A DNA stretch of 64,000 bases. Origin: Vicugna vicugna (taxonomy: Eukaryota). This document shows positions 36,705-49,322 of the stretch, piece by piece; the first letter of the stretch is position 1; every line of letters begins with the position of its first letter. Where the stretch lies: the NCBI GenBank assembly GCA_013265495.1, contig MU058387.1, positions 930,001 to 994,000 on the forward strand, in the 5' to 3' direction. A model generated the notes under the pieces. It worked only from the letters and a program-made list of their open reading frames with translations, was not told where the DNA came from and did no database searches. Both the position numbers and the translations under genes were made by a program.

Positions 36705-37659
36705 TACTCCTCTGGCAATGGACTACAGTGACTCGAAAAATTATGAGCAACACGCATTCTACTCAAATTTCTTCCTTTCTATAATTTGCATTTGAATAGA
36801 AAACCCAGGGTCTATGTAATTCCACTGGAATTATTTCATAACTTTTCTTGAATACTAAGCAACGCATTTAGGCAGTTTCGAGTGTGAATCTTATTATCTG
36901 TCATTCAGTTTCTGTAGCCATTACCACCAATTACATATTTCTAAAATGGGTACAATAACACCTACCTCACAAAGTTGCTGGGAGAATTGAATGAAGTCTG
37001 CTCTTCTGATATGTACCCCAGTTTGGAGCACCCAGTACATTTTCATAAATGCCCATTCTTTTAACTAAGTCTGTTCCACACCCAGCTCTGTTGTAACTCC
37101 ATGGTCCCTCTGGTTATTCTTTCTCTCCATTTCTAGGAAACTCCAAGTAAAATAAAGGACTGTTTTTCAGGAATCACTACCATATTATGATATGACAATC
37201 TTGTTCCTTTTTATAAGGCATGATTTTTTTCATCTATCTATTGAATACGATATTTTGGAACATAGTGGGGATTAAATTATAAATTAAAAATCAAGCCAGT
37301 AAATATACCACTAATAAAGTCATATTTACTTCTTCGGGCTTCGGAAGAACTCGCTTTGTCTGAAAGATTTATGAAAGCTGGTATTTCTCTTCTAAACTGT
37401 AAGATATTATAAGTACAAAGAGTACCTGTGATAGGCAGTGTGAATTTAAGAGGGTAGAACTTACGGTGATTAACAGAACAATAATAATTAAGGATCAGAA
37501 TTCTAAAATAGATGTTTGCCTGTTTTAGTGAAAGTATACAAAGAAGCATTTGGACTTACTGCTCTAACATGGCTGAGTATTTTTCTTCCTTTAAAGTGGC
37601 ATGAGAGGACTAATACTGAATGTCAATTTTAGTAGTGCAATTATAGTAACAATAATTGA

Positions 37660-37870
37660 ATTGTTAATTTATTTTGAGCATTCATCATCTATTGAACATT
37701 CTACTGAAAGCGTGCATTATGTTACTTATTTCTCATAGCTGTTTTGTGAAGTGGAAATTTCTGTCTCTATTTTGGATCAGGAAGTAAATATAGAAAAGTT
37801 ATGGAAATAATCTAAGGTCACAACACTCACAAATGACGGGGCTGTGATTGAAACTCAGGTCCCTCTCTAA
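37660..37870 (-). mobile_element. MIR SINE
   Basis: TTTATTTTGAGCATT...TCTAAGGTCACAACACT...GATTGAAACTCAGGTC. Confidence 0.55.
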
Positions 37871-40750
37871 ATTTTCATTTATCTTCAGTGACTGACTATT
37901 CGGGTTAGTCCCAAATGCTCTGAAATAGTTTAATCAAAGTGCTAGGTTTGTCTATAACCTGCACAAGATCAGGATTCCAAAGCTTCTTCTAAAGACAAGC
38001 TTCAAAGCCTTATTCAAAAATTTCTGTTTGACAGACAGATCCACTTCAAATCTGGGGCTCTTTCAACTGGGAAAGGCAAAGTAAAACGGGGCCAGCCCAG
38101 ACCATACAGAGGATAATTACTGTTGCTAGAATGGTCTTCGACACAGATGTTTTGTTAGAAAGAACAACATAAAATTTAGAAGATACAACTGGATTCAGAT
38201 AGGAAAGAAGGAAAATTATTAAAACCAGAAAACATGGTTCATTTTAATAGAATAAAGCATTTTTTTTCTTTCTTCCAGGTTTTCCATCCTGACCTACAAA
38301 GTATGGTTTATGTTGGAAAATGTTTTCATCTCAGTGATTTTAGTTTCAGAGAGAGGTAGAGCAGTAAAACTCATCTCTATCCTGACTGGTTTCTTTTTTA
38401 ATAAATCTCAGCTTTCAGTGAGTAAAAAGTAACAGAGTGCCTGTGTGAGAACACAGAAAACAAGGAGATAAAGCTCTAAGATTTTTTTTTTCCTCTATAA
38501 AGAGGCTTATACGATGATTGGAGCAGACATCAGGAAATTAGACCAAATGGTAGTGTTAAATCCATTAGCCAACCTACATTCTCCAGTGAAAAATGACATA
38601 ACTTTTAACAGTTTGGGTGAAAAAATTAAATATGTGGCTAGGCTCTATAATTCCTTCGTGGATTACTCCCCTAGTAAGTATTTGCTTAAGTTTCACCATA
38701 TGCAACTCCTTGGCTCACACTTCAGATCACGTGTACAATTTATTTAACAGGCATATTCTCAAAACAGTTTAAGCCATGAGAGGTCCTTTTCCATTTCCTT
38801 GGTAGGTTTTTATTCCTTGTTATTTATTTTGGGTTTAGAAAAATACGGAAATATGTGTGTGTGTGCGTGAGTGTGTTTGTGTGTGTGTCTAAATGAGTTT
38901 TAGGAGATTTTAGGCTTATTTAGAAAGCATAAACATTGAATTAACTGGACTTCTGTTCCTTGGATTGAAATACCTTCTTAAAGTTAAAATAGTTTATTAA
39001 AATCAAAGGAAAACACGTAGAAGAGAAGCATTTCCTGTTGCTAACCAAACGTATTTGGACTTTCAGTTTTGTCTCTGGTTAATGAATGCTTTTTCAAGTC
39101 AATATCACCAATAAAAAAGCCATACAGGGCCAAACATTAGATATCTTTTTAAGGGTCAGAACAAAATATTAGCCTTAGATGCTTAGAAGGTGCTTATTAA
39201 CATAAAGTGGGAAAACTCCATGCCCTGGGTCCTGTTTCTAAGGAGAATCTCCTTTCTCTAACATAGGCAGAACTGGGGGAGGACAGAGTAGGTGGCTACC
39301 CTGATAGGATGCAATGTAAAGAATATTCAGTGGCCCCAGCTGTCCGGATTCTTGCTTGCACAGCCTACCACGGTACCCGACCATCATTATGAACAATTCT
39401 TCAGCGTCTAATACAGGTTAGTCTGATCGCCAGCGGAGAGAGAGCAAAAACAATCCAGACTTGATGGGGATGGGGAAGACATCCAGTGGGCACACAGAGG
39501 TACAGATTGAGACTGGAAAGGAAACGCAGAAGAAATTTTGAGCTGCCTGGCAATGTGACTCAGGGAAAGCCTGGGTCTGATGGTTAGCCATTCTGATATG
39601 GATTCTCAGCAGAATCCACAACTGACACATAGAGACAAAAGTCACTTTCACATCCTAGGCAGACAGCACATACTTAATTTTGATGAAAAGATACGGCAGG
39701 ACCAATTCTTTAAAGCCATTCTGTTCAAAATTTTTTCAATTTTTGTAATGTCTATCAGCAACTGGAAGAGAGCCCATGGACCAGCAGGCAGGGATGAACT
39801 CACGAGTGTACAGTCACTCTGCTTTATTTGAGAAGAAGATGAGAATTTCATGTAATAGAAAGCCAATTCACATAAATATAAACAGTAGAAGTGGATTTAC
39901 TGGTCCATGAAATTGGGAAGCCCAAGGAGGTGCAGCTGATTTTAGGCATGTCTCAATCTAAATGTCCAAATAAGATTTGATCTATTGGTTTCTCTCTTTC
40001 CTTTTGTTTGATCCAGCTCCTTTTGTGGTTGGTTGCAGACATGGGCATCCGAAGCCCCAGTTTGTGTCTCCCTATATCTATGATTCCAGAGAACAAAGGG
40101 AAATGTTCTCTGCTCTGGTGTCCCTGTCATTCTCCTCCAAGAGAACTTCTCTTGACCCCTCTTGTTGGATCTTACTCTAGCATTAAGCTTTCGTCCACAC
40201 AGTTATGCTGTGCAGGTGTGGAAAAGGCCTCAGTTTGCTTCCATACTCAGGAAAAAAAAAATGTGCTGAGGAGACATGGCTGAAAATGATTTTGGCTAAT
40301 GTTTAGTTCTTTACTTCAATCACAATGAAAACATGGCTACCTACTGATAATTGCCATTTATCAGAGTTTCGCCTGATCTGACGAGTTCTTACTGAAAGAC
40401 ATACGCTCTGGGGAATTTCATACCCGTTCCTGTGCACACAGTCTTTCTCTGTCCGTCTCTGTGGGTATCCACTGTGAAAACAATAATTTTCATGCAAAAT
40501 TAAGAGGGTTTTGAAGCAAAAACAATGGTAAGCAGCACACTCTTTTTCTTCCTGCTAGTCATAAAGGGGGATCTACACTTTATAAATTCTTGAAGAATTT
40601 GAGCTAATTTACTGTTCTTTTTGACTTTCCAAACACTTTAGACAAATAAGAAATCATTGAGAGACAGGAGGTGGTGAAAACTAAGTCCAGAGAAAAACAG
40701 AGCTTGACTAAAGTTTTTGTCAGTACCAGAACACTTTAAGAAAATGCAGA

Positions 40751-40983
40751 CAGGGGAGGAGGCTGGGAAGGGATAGACAGGATTTCAAAATTGTAGAATA
40801 GAAAAACAAGATTATACTGTACAGCACAGGGAAATATACACAATATCTTGTGGTAGCTCACAGAGAAAAAAATGTGACAATGAATATATATATGTTCATG
40901 TATAACTGAAAAATTGTGATCTACACTGGAATTTGACACAACATTGAAAAATGGTTATAAATCAATAAAAAATGGTAAAAAAA
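40751..40983 (+). mobile_element. Young L1 3' UTR fragment (same family as 6733-7474 and 49323-50051)
   Basis: GGGAAGGGATAGACAGGATTTCAAAATTGTAGAATAG...GGAATTTGACACAACATTG...AATCAATAAAAAATGG followed by an A tail; TSD AAGAAAATGCAGA at 40738-40750 and 40984-40996; TTT/AAGA endonuclease site. Confidence 0.95.
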
Positions 40984-41836
40984 AAGAAAATGCAGATAAA
41001 TCAGCAGGTAAATCAGTGAAACAACTATTGTAAAATATTTACTACCAGGGTTTTAAAAACATAATTTTTGGAATCATTTAATCACTTGATCATGAACTTA
41101 AAAATAATATTGAAGGCAGAGCAGAAAATTTTAAAATTTGGAACTAGAGTTTACTGAGGAAAAAAAAGTCTAAAATACAAATCCAGTGTAAGACATTGGG
41201 GGAAAAGTGGGATTTAATTCACAAAAAAGCTTACAAACCTACTAACACACACAACTTTCCAGGAGGAAACCCATCACATAAAGGAAACATCTTGTCTGTG
41301 ATACATTTGCTTCAAAACATGGAGACAGCGCAGTAGTTTACTCAGGCATCCAATAAAATGCAACCTGTGTAAATGGTGCTATTTTACTAATTCATTCTTC
41401 AGCTCCAAAGAACACCATTGGCGATGCTTCAGAAGAGCTTGCGTGTCACTGGAATTATATTTTATTTATAATAATTGACTCTATTTGGCTAGTGTTCCAG
41501 TTTTTAAGAGACCACAGTAGAAAGGTCTTGATACATGTGAACACTGTAGCCCATAATGCATCTAATTATGCTGTATTTTGCAAATGGTGAGACACTTTTA
41601 ATCTGAAACAGTGACCTTTTTTGATGTATGATAGTTAATAGTATAATGAGATTTGAAACTACTGAACACAAACACCAGGTGACTTATTCACAGTTGTACA
41701 AGGATATAATACATATTGATTTCTTAGATGTAGTCTATCTTTACATACGTGTTAGAGGAAATTAGCTGTGGAAGCATCAATCAATCAGTCTTCATAAAGG
41801 ACTTACTGGGCTCATAGAACTGTGATAACCCCTTTT

Positions 41837-42598
41837 TTTAAAACTGAACTATAGTTGATTTACAATGTGTTAGTTTCTGGTGTACAGCATAGTGGTTCAG
41901 TTACTCACACGTACACATATTCCTTTTCATATGCTTTTTCAGTATAGTTTATTGCAGTATATTGAATATAGTTCTCTGTGCTACACCGTAGGACCTTGTT
42001 ATTTATCTATTTTATATGTATTAGTTTGTATCTGTTAATCTCAAACTTCCAATTTATCCCTTTACCCACCTTTCCTCTTTTTAAGTTTGTTTTCTATGAA
42101 TGTGAGTATCCCGTTTTGTAAATAAGTTCATTTGTGTCATTTTTTTAGATTCCACATATAAGTGGTATTATATGATATTTTTCTTTTTCTGACTTACTTC
42201 ACTTAGTATGATGATCTCTAGATCAATCCATGTTGCTGCAAATGGTATTATTTCATTCTTTTTATGGCTTAGTAGTATTCCTATATATATGAATATATAT
42301 ATATACACATACATATATATACATATACATATATATACACACACATATGTAAATATACATATATATATACAGACACACACACACACACACACACTGTATC
42401 TTATTTATCCAACCAACTGTGATGGACATTTAGGTTGCTTCCATGCCTTGGCTATTGTAGACAGTGCTGCCATGAACATTGGGGTGCATGTATCTTTTTG
42501 AATTGGAGTTTTCTCCAGATACATACCCAGAAGTGGGGTTGCTGGATCATATAGTAAGTCTATTTTTAGTTTTTTTTTTAAAGAATCTCCATACTGTT
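41837..42598 (-). mobile_element. 5'-truncated L1 (older cetartiodactyl subfamily) with internal (TA)n(CA)n expansion
   Basis: ORF 42168-42392(-) ends [25 protein letters not shown]; 3'UTR ATAGTTGATTTACAATGTGTTAGTTTCTGGTGTACAGCATAGTG; TSD TGTGATAAC at 41821-41829 and 42599-42607; microsatellite at about 42282-42393. Confidence 0.92.
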
Positions 42599-42689
42599 TG
42601 TGATAACTACTTTTAACAAAACAAGAGGCAACATAAATATGATATCTTTAAGCATGCTAAATTTTATCACACTGTCAGCAAGTACAGTT

Positions 42690-43035
42690 TCTATTCACCA
42701 AAGTTGCTGTTCACCATGGACTGGAAGAGAGGGACTTTAAGCTGGATCTTGAAGGATCTGTCAGATTTAGAGAAGCAGAACCATGGGTTTCAGAGAAGTT
42801 AAGGCAATATATACAAAGACAAAGTGGTAGACATGGGAATGCATGTTCAGGGAAGAGGCATGGGATGAGGAGGAAGAGATGGAAATGTATTGTTTGGACA
42901 TAGCAAGCTTGTCTGGGTAAGAAAGGCATAGATTATGGGAGGCTTTCAAATTCACTCATGAAATTTGGAATTTAGATTTAATTTAATAAGTGAAATAAAA
43001 ACATTTATCATTCTGGGTAGGAGAATGATATATGA
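42690..43035 (-). mobile_element. L2 fragment
   Basis: TTTAAGCTGGATCTTGAAGGAT...GATTATGGGAGGCTTT...GAAATTTGGAATTT...GGGTAGGAGAATGATAT. Confidence 0.5.
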
Positions 43036-45149
43036 ACAATCATAATGGGCAATGATATTTGTCCAACTGATGTAACAAAGTATGATATATGTCTTAGAAG
43101 GAACATAGAAGGTCTAAATATAGAAGAAAGTTTAAAGATTACAATATGAACTATTGGGGATTTGGGTCAGATGGCAGTCAAATTTAAATGGAACACAAAT
43201 TGAAACGTCCATTCTTAAGCAGTTGAACTCAGTGTGGTCATCAATCACAAGGGCATTTTTAAGTTTGTTATGACGGAAATTCGCATGAAAATTACATTTG
43301 ATTAAATGTAATGCAAATATCAGAGATGTTATTTAAAAGAAAAAAAAATCTTCCCAAGAATATATCTGAAATGTTGGAGAGAAAGGAGGTAAAACTACTT
43401 TTTCAAGTTCATCAGTGTGAAGCTCTTTGCATGATTCTGCTCATACCAAGAGTTTAGTCACAAGCTAAATCAAGCTAAGAACTGGTATTTAAATCAGGCA
43501 TTTGCATCACAAATTTGTTTTTAGGTACAAACCACTAATTTGTGGGATCTGCTGTATTTTACTCTTAGGGCCACTAACTACTGCACTTTTGGGGGGCTTT
43601 CAATTTATTTATTTGGAAAAATGAAAGATTTATTGTAGTCTTTTCAACCTTACTTATTTCCAACTAGGTTTTGTTTGTTTGTTTTAAATACTAGAATCCA
43701 CTGCCTTCAACACTGGAGACAATTTGATATTTCAATACCTTGGCTCTCCTGGTGATTAAATTTAAACTGTACGCCACAGGGGAACAGAGTAACCAGGAGT
43801 TACAAAGAACTTTATAAATGTGACACTTGTGACAGTAAAGATGATCTTGAAGGATCTGTCAAGATTAATTTCATTAATTAATTAATGAATTAATTTCATG
43901 ATGAATCCAAGGAGCAATTACATATCTCTCCGGTCATTTCCCTACTTCCAAGCATACTGCATTAAAGCAACAACAAAAACAAAGCCTGAATGAGATTTGT
44001 AAGATTTTAAGACTTTCGTTGGTCTGCAGATAACGCTGCAGATAATTTAGCGTTATCTGATTGCATTTGTATAACCAAGTAGAAACATAAGACAAACTCT
44101 TTTGGATTGTTTTGGGGAGACATTTGCAGTGATTATCCCAATTGGTTAATACCTTGAATCTTCTTGATAGGCTTTGGGAATATCATCAAATGATTATATA
44201 GTAATAAGTGTTTATAAAAGAAGTAATCTCAAGTACTCTACATTGATTTGCATAGAATTTCTAAATACATCTGTAATATTGCTGTTCCTTCAAGGTGTTT
44301 ATTTCTTCAGTATTGAGGAGTCACTAAAGATATCCAAATTAAACTCAGAAATCGAATTTTTTTTGGAGATTTTCTATCAATAAAATCAATTGTTGGTACT
44401 ATCACTTGTTGGTATGGTGATTTGTAACAATCCAATAGAATACTATTATAAACAACCAATTTAGCAAAAAACAAAAAAATCAAAGCAAACTTCTGGCCAA
44501 TCTAATTTTTCTACAATGTGGACTCAGTCTTACTATTCCCCACCCCCTCAATTCCTTCCCACTATTCAACTGTGTCAACTAGTCAGGTGATACACCAGAG
44601 GATCTTTGAATTGGGCCCAAGTTTTGAAGCCTTAGATCTTTGCCATTATCATTTGTCCTACCAAGGAAATCTTCTTCCCATGTTAGCCTCTCAAATTATA
44701 TCCATTTTTAAATTCTCAATTAAAATACCGTTTTTTCCTGGGAAGAATTTTTCACTCTTCCATTGGAGTTTCACTTGGCTTGTCCTGAAATTATTTTGGT
44801 GCCTCTTTTACACTTGCTAGAAAATTATTAGTAATGATGGCGGGCGGGGGGGATATTGTATCTTACTCCTTTTTTCTAATCTCTTGTGCTTCTGTTACCT
44901 GAAGAGTTCCTTGGAAATACAGATGTTAAGTAAGTATGTTCCAACTGGAGGTCAACTTAACTGCAAATTATTAACAAAAGCAAGAGCAGCTCTGACCTGT
45001 TACTTAGTCTGTCACACATTCCTTTCCTTTTCTGTTCATACTTCAGTTAACTAGCTAGAAATGGAGCACCTGCCAGATATCACATTTGTTGTTACTTAGA
45101 AAAGACCAGCTCTAGGGCTCCCATTGTTTCTCACTCACGCATGCTAGCT

Positions 45150-45375
45150 AAGAGGGTGGACTTGGGGTCAAACCAACCTGTTCCTGTGTGCCAGCTTCAC
45201 TGGTTGCTAACTGAAATTACTTAACTTCTTTCTCTAAGATCACATTTTCTTGTATGTAAACTGAGAGTCAAAAGAGTACCTATTTCCAAACCTGTTCTGA
45301 AGAGTAAATGCACAAATGCTGGCAATCGGCTTCACACAGTAACAGTATATATCAAATGTGCCACAAAAATCAGTT
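45150..45375 (+). mobile_element. MIR SINE
   Basis: GGACTTGGGGTCAAACCAACCTG...AAATTACTTAACTTCT...TGTAAACTGAG...GTACCTATTTC...GAAGAGTAAATG. Confidence 0.55.
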
Positions 45376-45550
45376 GCTTCTAGAATCTTGAGGATAGTTG
45401 AATACTCTTAATTCTTCTCTGCCTCACCTATGTATTTCAACCCTGGCCATTTTTTAATTTCAGGTGCATTTTGCCTTGGAATCTCAGCAGATAACAGATT
45501 TCCAAACTATCAAGCCTTCTCTACCATGTGAGCCTAAGAAAAGGAACATC

Positions 45551-47220
45551 TTCTATTTATTTTTATCTTTATTTTTATTTTTCACGTGTAATTGTTTCCA
45601 CTTTGGTTTTTTTTTTTTTTTTTGGTTGAGGTATAGTTGATTTACAGTTTTATATTAGTTTCAGGTGTACAACATAGTGATTCAAAATTTTTATAGATTA
45701 TATTCCCTTTATAATTATTATAAAATGGCTATATTCCCTGTGATGTATAATATATCCTTGTAGCTTATTTATTTTATACATAGTAGTTTGTATCTCTTAA
45801 TCCCCTACTCCTATCTTGCCCTTCCTTCCTTTTTTGTCCCCTCTGGTAACCACTAGTTTGTTCTCTATATCTGTCATTCTGTTTCTTTTTTGTTATATTC
45901 ACTAGTTTGTTTTATTTTTTAGATTCTATGCATAAGGGATAATATGCAGTATTTATTTTTCTCTAACTTATTTCACTAAGAATAATACCCACCAGGTCCA
46001 TCCATGTTGTTGTAAACATGACTTTCATTTATGACTGAGCTGTACTCTATTATGTGTATACCACATCTTCCTTCCATATCTTGGCTACTGTAAATAATGC
46101 TACTGTGAACATTGAGTTTTTTTCAGATATATGCTCAAGGGTGAAGTCACTAGATCATATGGTGGTCCTATTTTTAGTTTTTTGAGGAATCTCCATACTG
46201 TTTTCCACAGTGACTGTACCAATTTACATTCCTACTAACAGTGTACAAGATTTGCCTTTTCTCCACATCCTTGCCAAAACTGGTTACTTATGGTCTTTTT
46301 GATGACAGCCATTCTGATAGGTGTGAGGTAATAGCTCATTGTGGTTTTCATGTGAATTTCTCTGATGATTAGCAATATTGAGCATCTTTTCATGTGCCTG
46401 TTGGCCATATGTATGTCTTCTTTGGAAAAGTGTATATTCAGGTCTTCTGCCCATTTTTAATTTGGTTGTTTGAGTTTTTGATAATGTGTTGTATGAGCTC
46501 TTTATATATTTTGCATATTAACCCTTTGTTGGTCATATCATTTGCAAATATTCTCTCTCCCTCAGTAGGTTTTTTATTTTTTCATTTTTCCCATAGTTTA
46601 CTTTTCTCTGTAAAAACTTTTAAGTTTAATTAGATCCCATTTGTTTATTTTTGTTTTGGTTTCTTTTGCCTTAGGAGACAGATCCAAAAACAATATTGCT
46701 ATGATTTATGTCAAAGAGTGTTCTGCCTATGTTTCTTCTAGGAGTTTTACGATTTCTGGTTTTACATTTAGGTCTTTAATCCATTTTGAGTTCATTTTTG
46801 CATGTGGTGTGAAAAAATGTTCTAATTTTATTTTTTTACTTGTAGTTGTATAATCTTCTAAGATTGAACCAGGAGAAATATAAACTATAAATATACCAAT
46901 TATCAGTAATGAAATTAAATCAATTAAAAAGCTCTCAATAAGCAGGTGAATTCTACCAATCATTTAGAGAAGGGTTAACATATATTTTTCTCAAACTACT
47001 CCAAAAGTTGCAGAGGAAGGAATGCTTTCAAACTCATTTTATGAGGCTATCATCACCCTGATACCAAAACCAGAAAAATATATCACAAAAAAAGAAAATT
47101 ACAGGCCAATATCACTGATGAACATAGATGCGAAAATCCTCAAAAAAATATTAACAAACTTAATCCAATACATCAGAAGATTCATACACCATGACCAAGT
47201 GGGATTCACCCTGGGGATGC
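45551..47220 (-). mobile_element. L1 with 5' inversion: minus-strand 3' part 45551-46849, plus-strand ORF2 RT part 46850-47220
   Basis: Minus ORF 46727-46963 includes KLEHFFTPHAKMNSKWIKDLNVKPEIVKLLEE; plus ORF 47022-47237 reads [41 protein letters not shown]. Decayed TSD AAGAAAAGGAACATC (45536-45550) / AAGAAGAGGGACATT (47221-47235). Confidence 0.92.
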
Positions 47221-47629
47221 AAGAAGAGGGACATTAATAAAATTTCATTAATTTCTTACATCTCTCCATAGATCTACTTTTCCACCCTAGATGTAAAGAC
47301 ATTGGGGAAGTGATGACTGTGTTTGAAGGAATGGCAGATTAAGAAAACAAGGAGTTGGGGATGGATGATATGTTGGAAACTTACATTGATTCGAGATTAG
47401 TTGAACTTTGTTTAAATCTAATATTTTTCTTCTCAAATGATTACATATTTTCCTACTTAATAATGACCAGTGCAGAAAGGCTGAGAGACCTTTGAAGTTC
47501 AATTGATAAATTATCTCCAGACCTTGTAAAACTATCATCATCCAGCTGGCTTACTGTATATTCAAATTCAATTTGGGCAATAAGAAAATTGTAGCCATGT
47601 GTCAACTTTAAGGCTTTAAGGCTATATGT

Positions 47630-47655
47630 TGTGTGTGTGTGTGTGTGTGTGTGTG
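47630..47655 (+). repeat. (TG)n microsatellite
   Basis: About 13 TG units seen directly. Confidence 0.9.
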
Positions 47656-48669
47656 AGCGAGTGTGCAAGTGTGTGCTTGTATGCACACATGAGGTGCATA
47701 TTGCATGTATGATTGTTAGAAGTATGTATGTGTAACTGATTGTAAACATGGCCAGTTGAAAACTGAGCGTACATAATGAATGCTCAGCAGGAGATTTCTA
47801 TGTTCCAGGAAACTATCTGACTTGAAGCTGTTAATTTTCTCTGGTATGTTCCAACACACTGCCAGGGACATATAGGGTTTCTCCCTGGTGAATGCTATTG
47901 AGCTATTTATTTTTTATTCTGCTGCACAAGTGGAGACAAAGACCACAGGATCTTTGAGAGTAATTATTTCTTAGTCATATCAGAAAAGAGACTGAATTTT
48001 TATATATACAGATGAGTTTTTCTTTCATCCCAGTGGCCTTCTTTCAAAGCCCTGAGAATTTCAGCAAGTGGTCTGTTCAGCTTTCCAACTAGTACACACA
48101 GGCATAATGCTGTGTTTTTGTTATCATGGTCTTTTATGGTGTTTTTAGCACTTTCTCTCTCCCTCTCTTTATATATATGTGTGTATATATATATACATAC
48201 ACACATATATACTTCATGTACAATGAAATTACTGTCTACTTTTAACAGTAAAATTCATAGTTTGTGTTTCACTTTTCAGTTTAAAACATTTCTTTTTCTC
48301 CCCCATCCCAAATTCACTCTTCTGGAAATTGAAAATTTACTTCTCTGCTAAACCGCAAGGCATGCCAAACCCCAAGTAGCTCAGGGATCATAATTCAGAA
48401 GCCACTAGTTTAGCCTCTTGTATGAAAAGTCTGTAGAAGTAACCATGGACCCTGGGGTAAGTTTCTCGGGACAGCCTGGAAATCCAGCAGGAAGATACTA
48501 AACTTGCCTGAAAGCACTTTCTGAAAGAATCGTCAGGGTGATGGCTTCATGTTTTAAACCAGATGATAATGCAGGCTGTGCTTTTCTCAGGTAGGCAAAA
48601 CCTCCTTCTGCAGGAGACAAGTGATTCCTTGGGAAATAGCACTTGTTTCCCACCTTTTCTGAGGATTTA

Positions 48670-48845
48670 AGAGGACGGGACTGGGACTTAAGAGATTCAA
48701 GTTCTAGTCCCTGATGAAAAGTTAACTAACTGTGACCTTGGGGAAATGGCACACTCCCTTGGTCTGTTTCCTCATCTGTAATTTGAGGAGTTTGGAAAGA
48801 ACGATCTCTATGGCATCACCCAGCTCTAAAATCCTCAGATTCTAG
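48670..48845 (+). mobile_element. MIR3-like SINE
   Basis: GGACTGGGACTTAAGAGA..AAGTTCTAGTCCC...CTAACTGTGACCTTGGGGAA...CTGTTTCCTCATCTGTAA...CCCAGCTCTAAAATCCT. Confidence 0.75.
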
Positions 48846-49322
48846 GCTATGACTCTTTTCTACACACCTTCCCTCTAAACAAAAGAGTCAGAAGGTCTTT
48901 GTGTTTTGCTTTGTTTGTGAGTGGGTGTGTTCTTCATTTTATGACTTCTCCCTCTGTAAAAATAAAAGGGAATTCCCCCTGTGGTCTATAAGAAGGTTTC
49001 GTGTTGAGCACTGTGTATATTAGCCACTTTTCCATTTTAATCCTGTAAAATACCTGCTAATATAAAACAAGGGTAGATTGTTACCAAGCCTCTCTCTGAC
49101 TTGCTCCATTCTGAGTGAAAATCTGAACGATTTTCAATTGCTAGAAGAGTTGAAGTTTAAATATAGGCTGACAACCAGGGTCTGGAGTTATAATGCTGTT
49201 TTGTGAGCTCTGGATAAGTCATCCTGTGGTGCCCGGAGTTGGAGCGAGAAGAAGCTGGGATGAATAACTTTATCTTTAATTCTATGCTGATTGCCCCTCT
49301 CTCAATACTTTCTCCTTATGAG

